DNA of 63,872 nucleotides, the filler included, from Folioceros fuciformis (lineage: Eukaryota): assembly GCA_049999805.1 (NCBI GenBank). It is 32 parts of 32 records of this genome, joined end to end, with 100 filler letters (N's around TTAATTAATTAA, not from the genome) between each part and the next. Parts side by side here need not be neighbours in the genome. Positions count along the whole stretch, not along the records: positions 36,549 to 38,339 come from JBNGIO010003835.1; positions 38,440 to 40,597 come from JBNGIO010003836.1; positions 40,698 to 42,377 come from JBNGIO010003837.1; positions 42,478 to 44,566 come from JBNGIO010003838.1; positions 44,667 to 46,867 come from JBNGIO010003839.1; positions 46,968 to 48,278 come from JBNGIO010003840.1; positions 48,379 to 50,224 come from JBNGIO010003841.1; 25 more parts are not named here. One strand, 5' to 3'. Made by a program: the position numbers and the translations under genes. The notes beneath the pieces are model-generated. The model made no database searches. It saw nothing but the letters and a program-made list of their open reading frames with translations, and had not been told where the DNA came from. This document shows positions 36,549 through 50,324 of this stretch, piece by piece. Every line of letters starts with the position of its first letter. Position 1 is the first letter of the stretch.

Positions 36549-37880
36549 GTGTGGAACGCCTGTGCTTCCTCCTCCGCTAGGCAGTGAGTTGTTGGCGGGC
36601 GCAAGAACAGACGAAGGAGTGGGCCAAGAAGTGGTTGGAATAGTCCTTAAGGAGAGCGCAACAATTGGGGATGAGAGTGGGGAAGAAGCGTTGAAGGAAG
36701 TTGAAGCGACGCTAGAAGAAGGAAGGTGAGAGAACGTGGAAATGTAGGGAGAGGAAGAGCAGGAGGTTGCAAGGGAGGGCTGGGTGCACAAGAGGTGTCA
36801 GCAAAGGCGGTGGTAGAGCAGCGTGAGTGCGAACAAATGCAGGTTGTGGATAGTCAATGAATTGAGGGCGAGAAGCCAGCGGAAGTTGAGGAGAAGAGGG
36901 GATCTATTCTCGCACTGCAGCGCGAANNNNNNNNNNNNNNNNNNNNNNNNNNNNNNNNNNNNNNNNNNNNNNNNNNNNNNNNNNNNNNNNNNNNNNNNNN
37001 NNNNNNNNNNNNNNNNNNNNNNNNNNAGGAGAAGTCATTTGAGAAAATTGAAGGGGCTGTTAGCAAGCTCGCGGACGCGGGGGTGAAAGAAAAGAAACAA
37101 GTGGTGGCAGGAGCGGGAGCAGATAATGGCTTGTTTGAAGAATAGAAGGTGCTGAAGGTCGTGGAGGGGGTTATTCCAGCAGCGGAAGAGGAAATGGGAT
37201 TGCCAGGTGCTCCAATGTCTGGCACTAGGGCAAAATCAAGGCCCAGAAGGAGGAATTTGTTGCTGGAGTACAGTTCCTCTTCATAAGAAGGGGATAGCGT
37301 CAATAAGGAGCTGGTGGATGCTTTCGCGGCGGTTATAAAACCGTCACCTCAGTAAACGCTTTTGCGGTTATTTCCAAGCAATATCAACAACTGAAGAAGG
37401 AAGAGCAATCAGCGGGGAAAAGGAACTCTGGTGGAAGCAAGCAAAAGGTTCTAGAGACACCAAGGAAGGTGAAGGATTATCATGAGAGAGATTTGCCCAA
37501 GAGGAGCTCAAGTTATCAAGCCGAAAGAGGAAGAACCTATTGCACATGTTTTGCTAGATGGAAGGTTGGTGAGGGTGTTGTGATAGGGGATTTGCCTATT
37601 AGGTGGTCTTGGAGGTTGAATCTTGAGACATTTGCATCTGAGTCTAAACCTGTTAAAGTAGACTCAGAATCACAAAGTAGCAGCGGTGAGGGATGTGTAG
37701 TAGTATAGAGGTAGCTCATAGGTTAAATGTAGACAAAGTTTGAGTTATCTTTGTGGAAATCATCTCAGGACTGCAATGGGTTGTGATCATTTGAGCAAAC
37801 CAGGTTTGAATGATGTGTGAGAAGTTTTGCAGACCAAATTGAGCACGTTGTAGAATGTCAACCATCAAAAGAAATCACTG
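36549..37880 (+). mobile_element. Degenerate copy of an unclassified interspersed repeat with E/K-rich ORF remnants
   Basis: Homologous to 43400-44480 (DYHER.LPKRSSSY.A.RGRTY, LNLETF, downstream GTAGACAAAGTTTGA and GGTTTGAATGATGTGTGAGA). Many in-frame stops. Confidence 0.6.
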
Positions 37881-39533
37881 ATGAAGTGATTGTGGGGAGA
37901 GAAGAAGATAGTGATATCAACGGCCCACAACAATGAACATAGGATCATAAGTGTAGAAGATAAAACCTAAAACTATTTTTAAATACTTTTTCAATCTAAT
38001 AATTTTTTAATTAAATAAATACTTAAACATATATGATAGTGTAATGGAGTATTTCCTATTGGTATAAAAGGGCCAAAAGACTGTTTTTTCTTTACAAAAT
38101 ATTATCTACAAGAATTATTTTCTTGAAAGTTGGTTTCCTTGTAGCACTTTTTAGGGGTTGGTTTGAGGTTGACAACCATTTTATTGCAAGCATAAAGAAG
38201 TAATTTAAGCAATATATCATAAATTATTTATAGAATAGAAAAATACTTATGGGTTTATGGGATAGAGTAAAACATACACATTGTTGATGGAATAGGGTAA
38301 TACATACACATTGTTATGGAATAAGTAGGGTGGTGTATGNNNNNNNNNNNNNNNNNNNNNNNNNNNNNNNNNNNNNNNNNNNNTTAATTAATTAANNNNN
38401 NNNNNNNNNNNNNNNNNNNNNNNNNNNNNNNNNNNNNNNAGGCATGGCATGGCATGGCATGGCATAGGCCTGGGCAGGAAGGATTTGATTCCGCATACGG
38501 AGACGAGCGTTGAGCGTATATCACCACACGTGAGAACGTGTCGTGACATAAAATCCAGACTGTGGTTAAGTCGCTGGCAGCATGTGCTGGTGGCGGGCCC
38601 CAGGAAGGGGCTCATTAACTTTTAGCCTGGCAAAGCCGGGGCCCCTTCCACATTCCACTGTCCAGGGCACATGCTGCCTGCCACGGCCTCCACACATACA
38701 ACGGATCGCCCGCCCGTTTCAACGGGACCTCAAGTTCAAACCTGGGGTGTGGCGGGAAAGAGAGGGGGAATGGNNNNNNNNNNNNNNNNNNNNNNNNNNN
38801 NNNNNNNNNNNNNNNNNNNNNNNNNNNNNNNNNNNNNNNNNNNNNNNNNNNNNNNNNNNNNNNNNNNNNNNNNAGGCCTTGAGGCGGGCCCCTCCCTCCC
38901 GTATCGCCGCCCAACGTTTCCGGCTTGCCCGTCTATTCCCCTTGTCCATAGCCCATAGCTCAGTGTGCCCTATTTGGTCTAATGACGCGTTGGCCACCCG
39001 TTTTCCATCTCCGTCTCCTCAATGTCCGCATCTCTGTGCTCCATACATAGCTACGTCTCACGAAATTCACGCTCTCGCACTGCTGCCCCCCACACACGTC
39101 TTCCGACTAACTTTAGCCTCCACCTATTGCATTAATAGACACCCTTGTTATGAGCTCTGGATCTATTTTCTCCAATAAATGAATATGTTGATAAATTTTG
39201 TAAACAAGGGACGGCTCATCTGTTTCCGTGTGTGGGGAGTAAGGGAGTCATGAGGTCAGCAATTGCGCAATCCCAAGCAGGTAATGGGTAGCGCACTCCT
39301 AGGTCTCTAGTTTGGAAACCCTAAGAGAGGGTGGTTGTTGTTTAGGGATAGGGTTAAGATTGAATAAAAATATTAATATATAAAATAAAATATCTTTTTT
39401 TATTATTCAGAAAAATATGAAAAGTCTCATCTACTCCAAAGATACCAGGAACAATCTTGAGCAGGGTCAAAGCCCAAAAGGATACTAGTCTTTTTGTACA
39501 TTATTCTCAAAAGGTAGAGAGAGATGTGAATGG

Positions 39534-39590
39534 TAAACCTTATACCCTATACCTTATACCCTAAACCTAAAACCCTAAACCCTAAACTAA
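39534..39590. repeat. Short degenerate plant telomere-like (CCCTAAA) tract
   Basis: ..ACCCTAAACCTAAAACCCTAAACCCTAAACTAAA; TTTAGGG also occurs at ~39642 and ~46436. Confidence 0.6.
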
Positions 39591-40697
39591 AACAATTAAA
39601 TCCAAGAAGATTATTTTCTATTACTGAAAGAGAGATGGAAAGTTTAGGGTTTAGGATTCCATCCATTCCAAAGATTGTAAGAACAACCTGAGCAAGGCTA
39701 GCAACCAAAAAGGGTACTAACTCCTTTGAAGCAAACTAACTTGGAGCTCTTTCTCATGCAACAATATTAGCCTACAATTTTGTCAATAACTATCTTGTAA
39801 GTAAGTATTTCTTAGTTTGGATAGTTTACTTCAAAAAACTTACCATAGTCTATACAAGTAATAGGTGAGGAGTGCATGTTTTTGTCTTAGTATTTTAAAA
39901 CTTGGGTGAAATATGCATTTTTGAAAGTAACCTCGACTAGGCTTTTATGGCCTATATAAATGTATCAAATAATCAAACGTGTTAGGTTTGAATTATCCAT
40001 ACTTTTATTATGTAATCAAAAGTTTATTAATTTATGCTACATAGACTTGTTGTATGCAAGCACATCTAAGTAAGCATAGTGAAAGAGTCATAGAACATCC
40101 TTGGGTGTACTTATCCCATATAATCTTCCAACATATAAACATGTTTAACTATCCATTTGAAAAACAAAACTTGATTAAATTTGAAGCAAAAAAAAAAATT
40201 ATTTACCAATAACATCCTTCCAAGCAAGATGAAATGAGGTAGACCATGAGATCATGAAGCTTAAATTGATTTTACCATAAATCAAACTACCAAAACTTGA
40301 AATATCTAAAATATGTGTTCACTAATCTTTTTATACATTAATATATATATATAATTTAAAAATAAGCTATAATTATATATTAATATACTCATAATATTTT
40401 TACTCGATAGATACATAGAATGATTTTCTCACCTCACATCTATAAAGACTTTATTTTTCTTTGCATTATAAGCAACATTCTTTAATTGTATATCATAAGA
40501 GGAGTTGTTTATAATGTACAAGGAATTTAAAACGACCTAGAATATTTATTCCAGATTTTTTTTAATTATATTCAGACACTTTCTATAATAGTGTTGTNNN
40601 NNNNNNNNNNNNNNNNNNNNNNNNNNNNNNNNNNNNNNNNNTTAATTAATTAANNNNNNNNNNNNNNNNNNNNNNNNNNNNNNNNNNNNNNNNNNNN

Positions 40698-42377
40698 CTA
40701 TATCTATAATATAGTCTTTAGTAGATCTAGACTTATTTATATTTCTAGTAGACTATAAAGATATTAGTAGTAAAATACTAGTAAAATTAGCGTATACTAT
40801 AGTTTAGATAGTAGAGTCTAATTTAATTAACTAGACTATATAAGTATTCTCTAGTTCTTAGTATAATATCTAGAATTATATATATTTCTACTATAGCTAC
40901 TCTATATATATAGAAGATATTATAGTTTATTATCTATATAGAAAATAACCTTTAGAAATTCTACTATTAGACTAGCTTAGAGAGAATAGNNNNNNNNNNN
41001 NNNNNNNNNNNNNNNNNNNNNNNNNNNNNNNNNNNNNNNNNNNNNNNNNNNNNNNNNNNNNNNNNNNNNNNNNNNNNNNNNNNNNNNNNTAGACTTAGTA
41101 TTAGACTAGTAGTTTAGTATTTCTAATAAAATATTTATACTCTAGTATAATAATATATTTTTTATCTTTTAGGCTACTTTACTACTAGAAATAGTATTTA
41201 CTAGAGTAAGATTAGTTACTTAGTCTTCTTTTTTTTATTAGCTTCTCTATAATTAGTATAAAATAGAGCTTAATAATAGCTTATACCTATTTCTAAACTT
41301 TATAAGAGATAATTTTATAGTATTTAGTATCTTTAATAATAAAGTATACTAGCTTATAAGCTATTACTATTATTTAAAAGTTAAGATTAGGTAGTAGATA
41401 TAACTATAGTAGTAGGTATAACTACTAAGCTACTTTATTCGCTAGCTTATCTAATACTACTATATTAGTAATAATAAGTAAGTTACTCTATTATAAGTAA
41501 ATACTAGCTCTAGACTAACTTAATATAGACCTAACTAATACTTTAATATAGAGTAGATTAGAGAGTCTACTAAACTTATAATTAGTAAGTAAATACTTTA
41601 ATATTATAGATATTATTCTATAGCTTCTTTAATATATATTTAATATAGAATAAGTTAAAAAGTCTACTAAATTAATAATTAATAAGTAGAAAGTAGAAGT
41701 TACTTTATAGCTTTCTTAATATAAACTTAATACTATCTTAATATAAGATAGATAAAAATATCTACTATATTAGTAATAATAAGTAGGTACTTTACTACTA
41801 GTAATAGCTAAACTAAAGCTACTAGAATATAGACTTAATAAAGTCTAGATATAAAGTAGGCTAAGATATCTACTATTTTAATAACTATAAGTATTAGAGC
41901 TAGTAAAGTAATATTATATAGAGTAGAATAGAAATAAAGATACTATATAATATTTAATATTATTAAGTTCTACTTTCTAGAATTATAGAAGTATTAAGTA
42001 TAATATTATAGAAATATAGAAACTATCTTACTTTTCTTATAAGCTAGTTTATTTACTACTTAAGGTAGTATTACTAGTAAGTACTAGAGTATAGTAAATA
42101 TAAAAGAGTAATAATTTTAAAAAAAGAGTAATAGTTTTAAAAAACTATTAGTATTAAAGTAGTATAGTTAAGATTATAGATTTTAGTATTATAAGATTAT
42201 AGATCTTATTTAGTTTATATTTACTTTTTATAAATAGTAGTATAGCGTAAAAACTATTATAATCTACTACTCTAAAGCCTTTAGAGTAGAAAAGATTATT
42301 AGTAGTAATCTTAGCTACTAATCTATTAGAAGAACTAGTATAGATATTATTAGATAGAAAGATCTATATATATATAT
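40698..42377. repeat. RIP-mutated (fungal-type) repeat relic
   Basis: About 1.6 kb with no CpA or TpG found by eye; dense TAG/CTA/TAA. Confidence 0.88.
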
Positions 42378-42477
42378 NNNNNNNNNNNNNNNNNNNNNNN
42401 NNNNNNNNNNNNNNNNNNNNNTTAATTAATTAANNNNNNNNNNNNNNNNNNNNNNNNNNNNNNNNNNNNNNNNNNNN

Positions 42478-44566
42478 AAGATGAGCCAAGAATAGCCCTA
42501 GTAAAAAAAACAAATTAACCAGCAAAAACAAGAAAAACAGGAGAATTTTGGAGAAAACGAGCAGAGTGAAGGGGTGAACGGCTATGGGGGGCAAGAGGAA
42601 GGATAAGGCAAGTTTTGTAGGGTATTCTAGGGCTTGAGCTAGTGGATGTGTCAAACATAGCTCCAAGGTTCTATCACCGTGCACGCTTACGAAGGCTCAA
42701 CTTTTACAACGATATTAAGAGCAAGCTATTGAGTTGGAATAGCTCAAAGAGATCACTAATCTTAGCTTGGAGTGGTTGAAGGATGTTGTAACTCACCTTT
42801 GTGGGATGCTTGTTCTTCCTCCACCTCCATCGCTTGGTCAATTGCAAGGTTTAGGAGCAAGAGGTAGTTCAGGCCAAGAACGTTCTAAAAGGGGGGGGGA
42901 NNNNNNNNNNNNNNNNNNNNNNNNNNNNNNNNNNNNNNNNNNNNNNNNNNNNNNNNNNNNNNNNNNNNNNNNNNNNNNNNNNNNNNNNNNNNNNNNNNNN
43001 GGGAGGAGCCGATCTGTAAGTACATGAGGGAGCGGGCAAGCCGTGTGAGGGAGAGGTGGCAAGCGTGCTTCTTACCAAAGGATAGGATCAAGAAAGGGCC
43101 AAGGAGGCAGCAAGAAAGGGAGCGGATGCGGGTGTGAACGCATTTCCAACAAAGGAGCTTAGGAAGGAGTCAAAATTGATAGGAAGGCAAGGAGACGCGA
43201 GCACGAGTGCACCCCCAACAAAGAAGATTGAGGGAAAGCCAAAACCAACAAGAAAGAGAGAAGGTGCGTGCACGAGTGTGTTTTCAGCAAGGGAGTTGGA
43301 GGAGCGATCAAAATCAGCAAGAAAGGAAGTGAGTGTGGGTGCATCTTCAACGACATAGGAGGTAGAGGAGGAAGGAGAGCCCATGGGTGAGCTAGTAGTG
43401 GAGCAGTTAGAATTTTTGGGTAGCCCAGTGTGTGAGGGTGTGACACTTGTTTCAAGGTTTGGGAGCAAGCGATTTCTTGAATATAATTCCTCCTCACAAT
43501 AAGAGAGTAGTGCTAGTAAGGAGCCTGTGAGCACGTTGGTGGGTGTTATAAACCATCAATTGAAGAGGAGCTTGGACAAGGTGTTGAAACGGGGCAGGAA
43601 AGAAAAGCGAGAGAAGAAGAGGAGGAGGCTGAAGGCGCACGTGGTGCTGAGGCAAAAGAGCCTTTGGATAGCGGCGAACAATCTTTGCTAAAGTCCAAGT
43701 GGAATCTCACATAAACCCATAAGTTCAGTGATAAGGAACTTTTCAAGTTTTTGGTGCAAGTTGAGAAGGAGGTAGAGGAGATAAATGAGAACTTGCGTTG
43801 CGCACGGTAGAGAGAACCTAGTTTTCTATAGTTGTGCGGGAGTTATACGCAAAGAAAGTAAAGAAACAGCGATTGTTGGAAGACTTGCGCTCCACAAACT
43901 TGTTGCGTGGAGAAGGTGTGTCTTTTGCTTTTGGTACTCTTACAGGCCAACAATTGGATGCTGCTTTTGGAGTGATCTCTAGGCAATATCAGGAATTGAA
44001 GAAGGGAGAGCAGCAGCTGGGGAAGAGAAGTGTTGGAAGCAAACAGAAGACCCTGGAGGGACCAAAGAAGGTAGAAGATTACCACGAGAGGCATCCACCC
44101 AAGAGAAGTTCAAGTTACGAAGCTGGGAGGGGAAGAACCTATCGTACAGGCTTTGCCAGAAGAAGGTTGGTGAGGGTGCAATTATAGGGGGTCTATCAAT
44201 TAGGAGATCTCATAGGTTGAACTTAGAGACATTTGTGTTTGAGCTTATCAAAGTGGACTCAGATACAGAGGGTGGCAGTAGTGAGGAGAACACAACAGTG
44301 TAGAAATAATTTATAAGTTAAGAGTAGACAAAGTTTGATTACTTTCATGGCAGCTATTGTGGAGCTAAAGGGAAAAGCTACTGAGTTAAAATCGTTTAAG
44401 CATTCTAGGTTTGAATGATGTGTGAGAGGTTTTGCAAATCAATCAGAACACATTAAAGGTTGCTAGTCAGTGGACAAGGCCATAGTAGGAAAGTTTATAA
44501 AGAAGGGAGAATGCTCCAATCTGGTGGAAAAAGAATGTTTTTCAAAGTCGGAGTTTGAGGCTCAAT
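42478..44566 (+). mobile_element. Longer degenerate copy of the same unclassified repeat family as 36549-37880
   Basis: Interrupted E/K-rich reading frame; shared peptide and nucleotide blocks. Confidence 0.6.
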
Positions 44567-47045
44567 NNNNNNNNNNNNNNNNNNNNNNNNNNNNNNNNNN
44601 NNNNNNNNNNTTAATTAATTAANNNNNNNNNNNNNNNNNNNNNNNNNNNNNNNNNNNNNNNNNNNNTCTCAAGGATGTTATCCGATTTGACAAAACCAAA
44701 TAATAGCATCTTCCCTACAATGTGTGTTATTGTCAATTGTTATGACGTAGCACCCAATTGAATCCTAACTCACCATGATTGAAAGTCGCATGAGGCTGAG
44801 AAGTTCACCCTTCATTGCCCAACACTTAGATCGATGTAGATCAATTATCACAAAGGCATAGATAGTAGCTTCACACAAAACATTTTCCCAATCGAATCCT
44901 TGTGAATTCCTATGGTGCTTAGATGTCCCCTGAGCATNNNNNNNNNNNNNNNNNNNNNNNNNNNNNNNNNNNNNNNNNNNNNNNNNNNNNNNNNNNNNNN
45001 NNNNNNNNNNNNNNNNNNNNNNNNNNNNNNNNNNNNNATGGTGAGTGCTCATAGCTTTAATACCAAGTTAGAATTGCATGTGAAAGTGTCTTAACCAAAG
45101 AAGTTAAATAATGAAAGAAGAATAATCAAAAGTTTTTAAAGGTGGGGTTTTGCAAGTGTGCTTGAAAATTATGTCTTCTTGCTTGTCTAGTTAACTAACT
45201 ACTTTGTGTAGCTTTTTTAACCGGTTTGGTAAGCACCAAAGTGTTTTGTTATTATTTTTAACTAATATTCAACAATAACTGCATCCTTTGAAACCATACG
45301 TCAAACGGGGTTCATCTAAAATTTCTAACTAGAATTCAATACTAACTTCATCCTTTCAAACCATCCTTCAAACTTGGTCCTATTGAACCTATTTTTTAAG
45401 TTAAGTCTAGTGATCACATTCAATTAACTAATATATTAGTAATTCGTAGTGGTGATTATGATAAATAATAATAATAATAATATTGGTAGAAACGAAGCTA
45501 TTAAAACAATTATTTTATTGAAAGTTACCTAGTATGACACTAAATCAAAATGCCTTCATATAATTATATTTAAATAATAAGTTGTTATAACTTAAGAATA
45601 ACAAGGAGAATTTATTGTCATAAAACTTCATCAACTTAAGCCTATATACTTGTATAGTGATAGCCGGTGTGATAAACTTATACACTTATAAACTCTTACA
45701 CTTATACCACACAGGCAAACGCAGGTTATCAACTGTGCCTAAAGTTATGATCTTGGTATTCCTGGCGTAGGCACCCTCAGGAAACGCAGAAAGTGCATCA
45801 GGCGTTTGCTTTTCCAAACCATAGCAAACTAGAGCTGCTTATGAGGCGTAGTCAGTCTTATCTTTGGAAATCGCTGTAGTCTCACCGCTGCTGAAGCAGA
45901 GGGTGGCTGAACAGTAACTTTGGAAGGATCGCCCATGTCTTCAGCAATTATGGCTTCATACTTCTCACAAAGGGATCTCCTCTTCAAAAGCTCAGTTTTT
46001 GTAGGGCGTCTTCTCTTTCGTGGTGGCATTCACTCAGCAGCAACATCCTTGGTGCTTGAAGCATGAGAAAGTAAGGAGGACGAGACAGTTGTCATAGCCT
46101 CATGCTTCGCAAATTGACCAAGGTGGTTTCTTAGGTGCTTGCGCGCCTGAGGTGTAGAAGAAGACATGGTCACAATTGCTCTGAGAACAAGTTCGCGACC
46201 TACAACAGAGATAAAGAACAAGAGTGCAATGAAGGCACCCAACCTTATATGCGCTGGTTTTTCACAGACCTGATGCAAATAGTACAAGGTAAGGGACTGA
46301 AGAGGCGTAATAAGGAACCCGCGCCTCAGGCACACCCATACAAGCCCACTCATGATGGAGAGAGAGTACACGATGAAAACCCAAAGCATCTTCAACAAAT
46401 GAGAGTGAAGAAGGAGATACGTGCTGACGGCTCCCTAGGGTTTAGGGGTTTTATATATAACTTATCAGTTAGATAATAAGTCATTAAATAAGCATTATAT
46501 ACAGATATAAACAGTCATAGCTTTTCGTTAAGAGATGTGCCCTTAGCTTTTTGTTAAGAGATGTGCCTTTAGCCTTTCGTTAAGAAATGTGCCTTTAGCG
46601 AAAAGGCCCATCTTTAGAATAATATTTTAATATATAATTGCTATAAGAACAATTGGTCTATATAACCCTCAAATAATTTCACTATTGTACTTGCCAAAAA
46701 CCTTATTTTTCACTCTAGAATAAAACAATCATAATGTAATGGAAAAGTTGGAATATAAAACCATAGATATTATTCATATTTCATCTCAAGATAATGTTGC
46801 GAACTTGTTAACTACATACTTAGGAATTTAGCTGAATTGAAAGCATATGAAATGTTTAGGCATAATCNNNNNNNNNNNNNNNNNNNNNNNNNNNNNNNNN
46901 NNNNNNNNNNNTTAATTAATTAANNNNNNNNNNNNNNNNNNNNNNNNNNNNNNNNNNNNNNNNNNNNCATTAACACATACAACATTGGTGAGAATAACGT
47001 GCGGTTTTTTCCATAAAAAGATTCAAGTTATGCTATGACACAATA

Positions 47046-48090
47046 CCTATCTAAACACTCTTGTCTAGTAGTTTCCAAGGTCATTTGACAAGCTTGAAGT
47101 TCATGTACAAGTTGTGTGTGTAATATTTTTAATCTTTCAAACTTTTGTTTCTCTTCCATCTATAATACAAGCAAAGAAAGAAGATCAATCATTTTTCTCA
47201 ACAGACATTTCATTAGCTCATATAGGGTTTANNNNNNNNNNNNNNNNNNNNNNNNNNNNNNNNNNNNNNNNNNNNNNNNNNNNNNNNNNNNNNNNNNNNN
47301 NNNNNNNNNNNNNNNNNNNNNNNNNNNNNNNGAAAATACTTGTTGAGCTGCTAACATGCGTGCTTTGGTTTCTTCAGCTCTAGATTTTGCCAACTCTTTC
47401 TTAAGCCTTTTCACCTTAAAAAAATGTTGAAAAAAGTTAAAAGCTTTAAAATTTTGCAAGCTTGATAAAAATAATTATTCAACATAATCATCAATAAAAC
47501 AACACTACTGAAAATACTCACTTGTGTTGTTGCTGTCTCTAGAGATTTCAATGTTGTTTGAAGACGATCTTCAAGTGTTTTTGTATGAGATTGTGATGCA
47601 AATGCTTGTTCCTTGAGCTCCTGTAGATTTTGAAAAAAAATCTTTAAACTTCACTGTTATGTAATATTTATGATTCTATTGTTATGCATTTCAAGTTACA
47701 AAACCTCCATGTGTTCTTCAATCCTGTATATATCTTGTTGTCGTGCATGTAGTGTTTCCTTCCAACGTTCTTGTTCATGTTCCATCTCCAAGTTTTTTTT
47801 CTCCAATTTTCCCACAACTTCAAAATAGGGAATCTAAAACAAAATAAAGACCAATATGTTTGTGCTTTCACAACTAATTTGTATGTAGAGTTTATAAGTT
47901 AGTAAAATTGAAATTTGGTTGCATAGTTTTTAGTTCAAGGAAAGTAAAATGACCTGCTCAAAAGCAAGAGAGCCATCATGGGGAAGAACATATGTTGAGT
48001 ATATTGCACTTAATAGTTCATTTCGAATATGTCCCAAAACTCGAGAAAATGGCATACTCATTTCACATATTTCTCCCAGTAGCTGAAATT
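47046..48090 (-). CDS. Internal exons of a coiled-coil protein gene with AT-rich short introns
   Basis: AG/GT-bounded segments LLGEICEMSMPFSRVLGHIRNELLSAIYS..AFEQ; EVVGKLEKKNLEMEHEQERWKE..; ELKEQAFASQSHTKTLEDRLQ..; VKRLKKELAKSRAEE..; MEEKQKFERLKILH.. Confidence 0.6.
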
Positions 48091-48378
48091 TAAGAAATAC
48101 CATGCTCGTATTTAGTGCGAGCTATCTATTTCTGCAACATATGTGGATAATTTCATATCAGATTTTGTGAACATCTCCAAGAAAGAAAGAGAGAGAAAAA
48201 AAAAAAAGTGATTTTTGTGAATGTGAAGAAATATGGCTTAGAGTATACCTCACAGCAGACATTGGTGCGGTAAATATCNNNNNNNNNNNNNNNNNNNNNN
48301 NNNNNNNNNNNNNNNNNNNNNNTTAATTAATTAANNNNNNNNNNNNNNNNNNNNNNNNNNNNNNNNNNNNNNNNNNNN

Positions 48379-48614
48379 GTTATATGTTTCTCTAAGCAGG
48401 AAAAAGTTTATTTTAATTTGTACTTGCAGATCCACTTGCATGTTATATGTTTCTCTAAGCAGGAAAAAGTTTATTTTAATTTGTACTTGCAGATCCACTT
48501 GCATGTTATATGTTTCTCTAAGCAGGAAAAAGTTTATTTTAATTTGTACTTGCAGATCCACTTGCATGTTATATGTTTCTCTAAGCAGGAAAAAGTTTAT
48601 TTTAATTTGTACTT
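48379..48614. repeat. 63-bp minisatellite, ~3.7 copies, with degenerate relatives to ~49320
   Basis: Unit GTTATATGTTTCTCTAAGCAGG...CCACTTGCAT. Confidence 0.93.
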
Positions 48615-49925
48615 AAAAACTGACTTTCATCCATATATATGTGCAGTTAAATAAGCCTATATTCCTATTGTTGTTCCATACACAACAATTCATTAAGACA
48701 CCTATATCATTAAGACAACTATACTAGTTACATACACGTTATTAATTTTCTCTGTAAAAGACCCACATACACGTTATTGATTTTCTCTGTAAAAGAAAAA
48801 GTTGAGTTTAATTTAGACTTGAAGACCCATTTACATGTTATTGGTTTTCTCCATGAAATTTGAGTTTAATTTATACTTGAAGACAAATTTATACGTTCTT
48901 GGTCTTCTCCATGAATTTTAAGTCTAATTTAGAGTNNNNNNNNNNNNNNNNNNNNNNNNNNNNNNNNNNNNNNNNNNNNNNNNNNNNNNNNNNNNNNNNN
49001 NNNNNNNNNNNNNNNNNNNNNNNNNNNNNNNNNNNCCTATTGTTGTTCCATACACAACAATTCATTAAGACACCTATATCATTAAGACAACTATACTAGT
49101 TACATACACGTTATTAATTTTCTCTGTAAAAGACCCACATACACGTTATTGATTTTCTCTGTAAAAGAAAAAGTTGAGTTTAATTTAGACTTGAAGACCC
49201 ATTTACATGTTATTGGTTTTCTCCATGTGAAATAAAGTTAAGTTTAATTTGTACTTAAAACCCTATTACATGTTATTGCTTTTCTCTATGCAGGACAAAG
49301 CTAACCCTAATTTTAACTTAAGAACTACTTACATAGTTTTTACAGTATAAGACGAAGAGCGGGACTCAAAGTCCAATCCTTCATAAACTTGTATTCATGA
49401 TTGACAATAAAATTATTATGCGAACTGAACAATGTGAGCTCTAGAAGAAGTAAGAGTAATCTAGGCAATATAACTTCTAGAAGTAATATCGCATAATAAT
49501 TATTATCACATTAATCTAGAGTCGACACTTTAATGTCCCTAATAGATTGAAACTCATTATCGAAATAGTAAAAGAATTGATAATAATTTATACACATTAC
49601 AAAATGGCATCTTATTATAACTCCATGTACATCACAAGATATATCCTAGATTGTATCAATATCATAACATACATATTAGATTCTGGGAATATCGTAACAT
49701 AAATGTTGGATTGCTTGGATATCTTGATTTTCTTTTAGTTTAACATAATTTATAATGACCTAAAGTAGCTTTAGTTTAACATAATTTATAATGACCTAAA
49801 GTAGGCGCTACCATTGATATGGTTGTAAATACCTTTTTGTTTTTCAAAATATATAAAAGATGAAAATATGGGTCATTTTAAACCATGAATTTTGGCTTGA
49901 AGCAACTTGGAAATTAGTATATTAA

Positions 49926-50066
49926 ATATCCTATTTTCTATTCATATTCAATATCCTATTTTATATTCATATTCAATATCCTATTTTCTATTCATATTCA
50001 ATATCCTATTTTCTATTCATATTCAATATCCTATTTTCTATTCATATTCAATATCCTATTTTCTAT
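49926..50066. repeat. ~25-bp minisatellite (ATATCCTATTTTCTATTCATATTCA), 5-6 copies, between ~120-bp direct repeats
   Basis: Read directly; ~49790-49912 recurs at ~50080-50203. Confidence 0.9.
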
Positions 50067-50324
50067 GTTACGATATAAAAATGACTTAAAGTAGGCGCTG
50101 CCATTGATATGGTTGTAAATACCTTTTTGTTTTTCAAAATGTATAAAAGATGGAAATATGGGTAATTTTAAACCATGAATTTTGGCTTGAAGTAACTTGG
50201 AAAATAAAGTGCACAATACTGACTNNNNNNNNNNNNNNNNNNNNNNNNNNNNNNNNNNNNNNNNNNNNTTAATTAATTAANNNNNNNNNNNNNNNNNNNN
50301 NNNNNNNNNNNNNNNNNNNNNNNN

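Noticed and set aside
45829-46476. Short ORFs (MPPRKRRR.., membrane-like 122 aa)
   Set aside because: No family resemblance or splice support; probably a TE-internal relic.
48656-49227. ~195-bp direct duplication across a 100-N gap
   Set aside because: Likely an unmerged contig overlap or haplotype within a minisatellite region.
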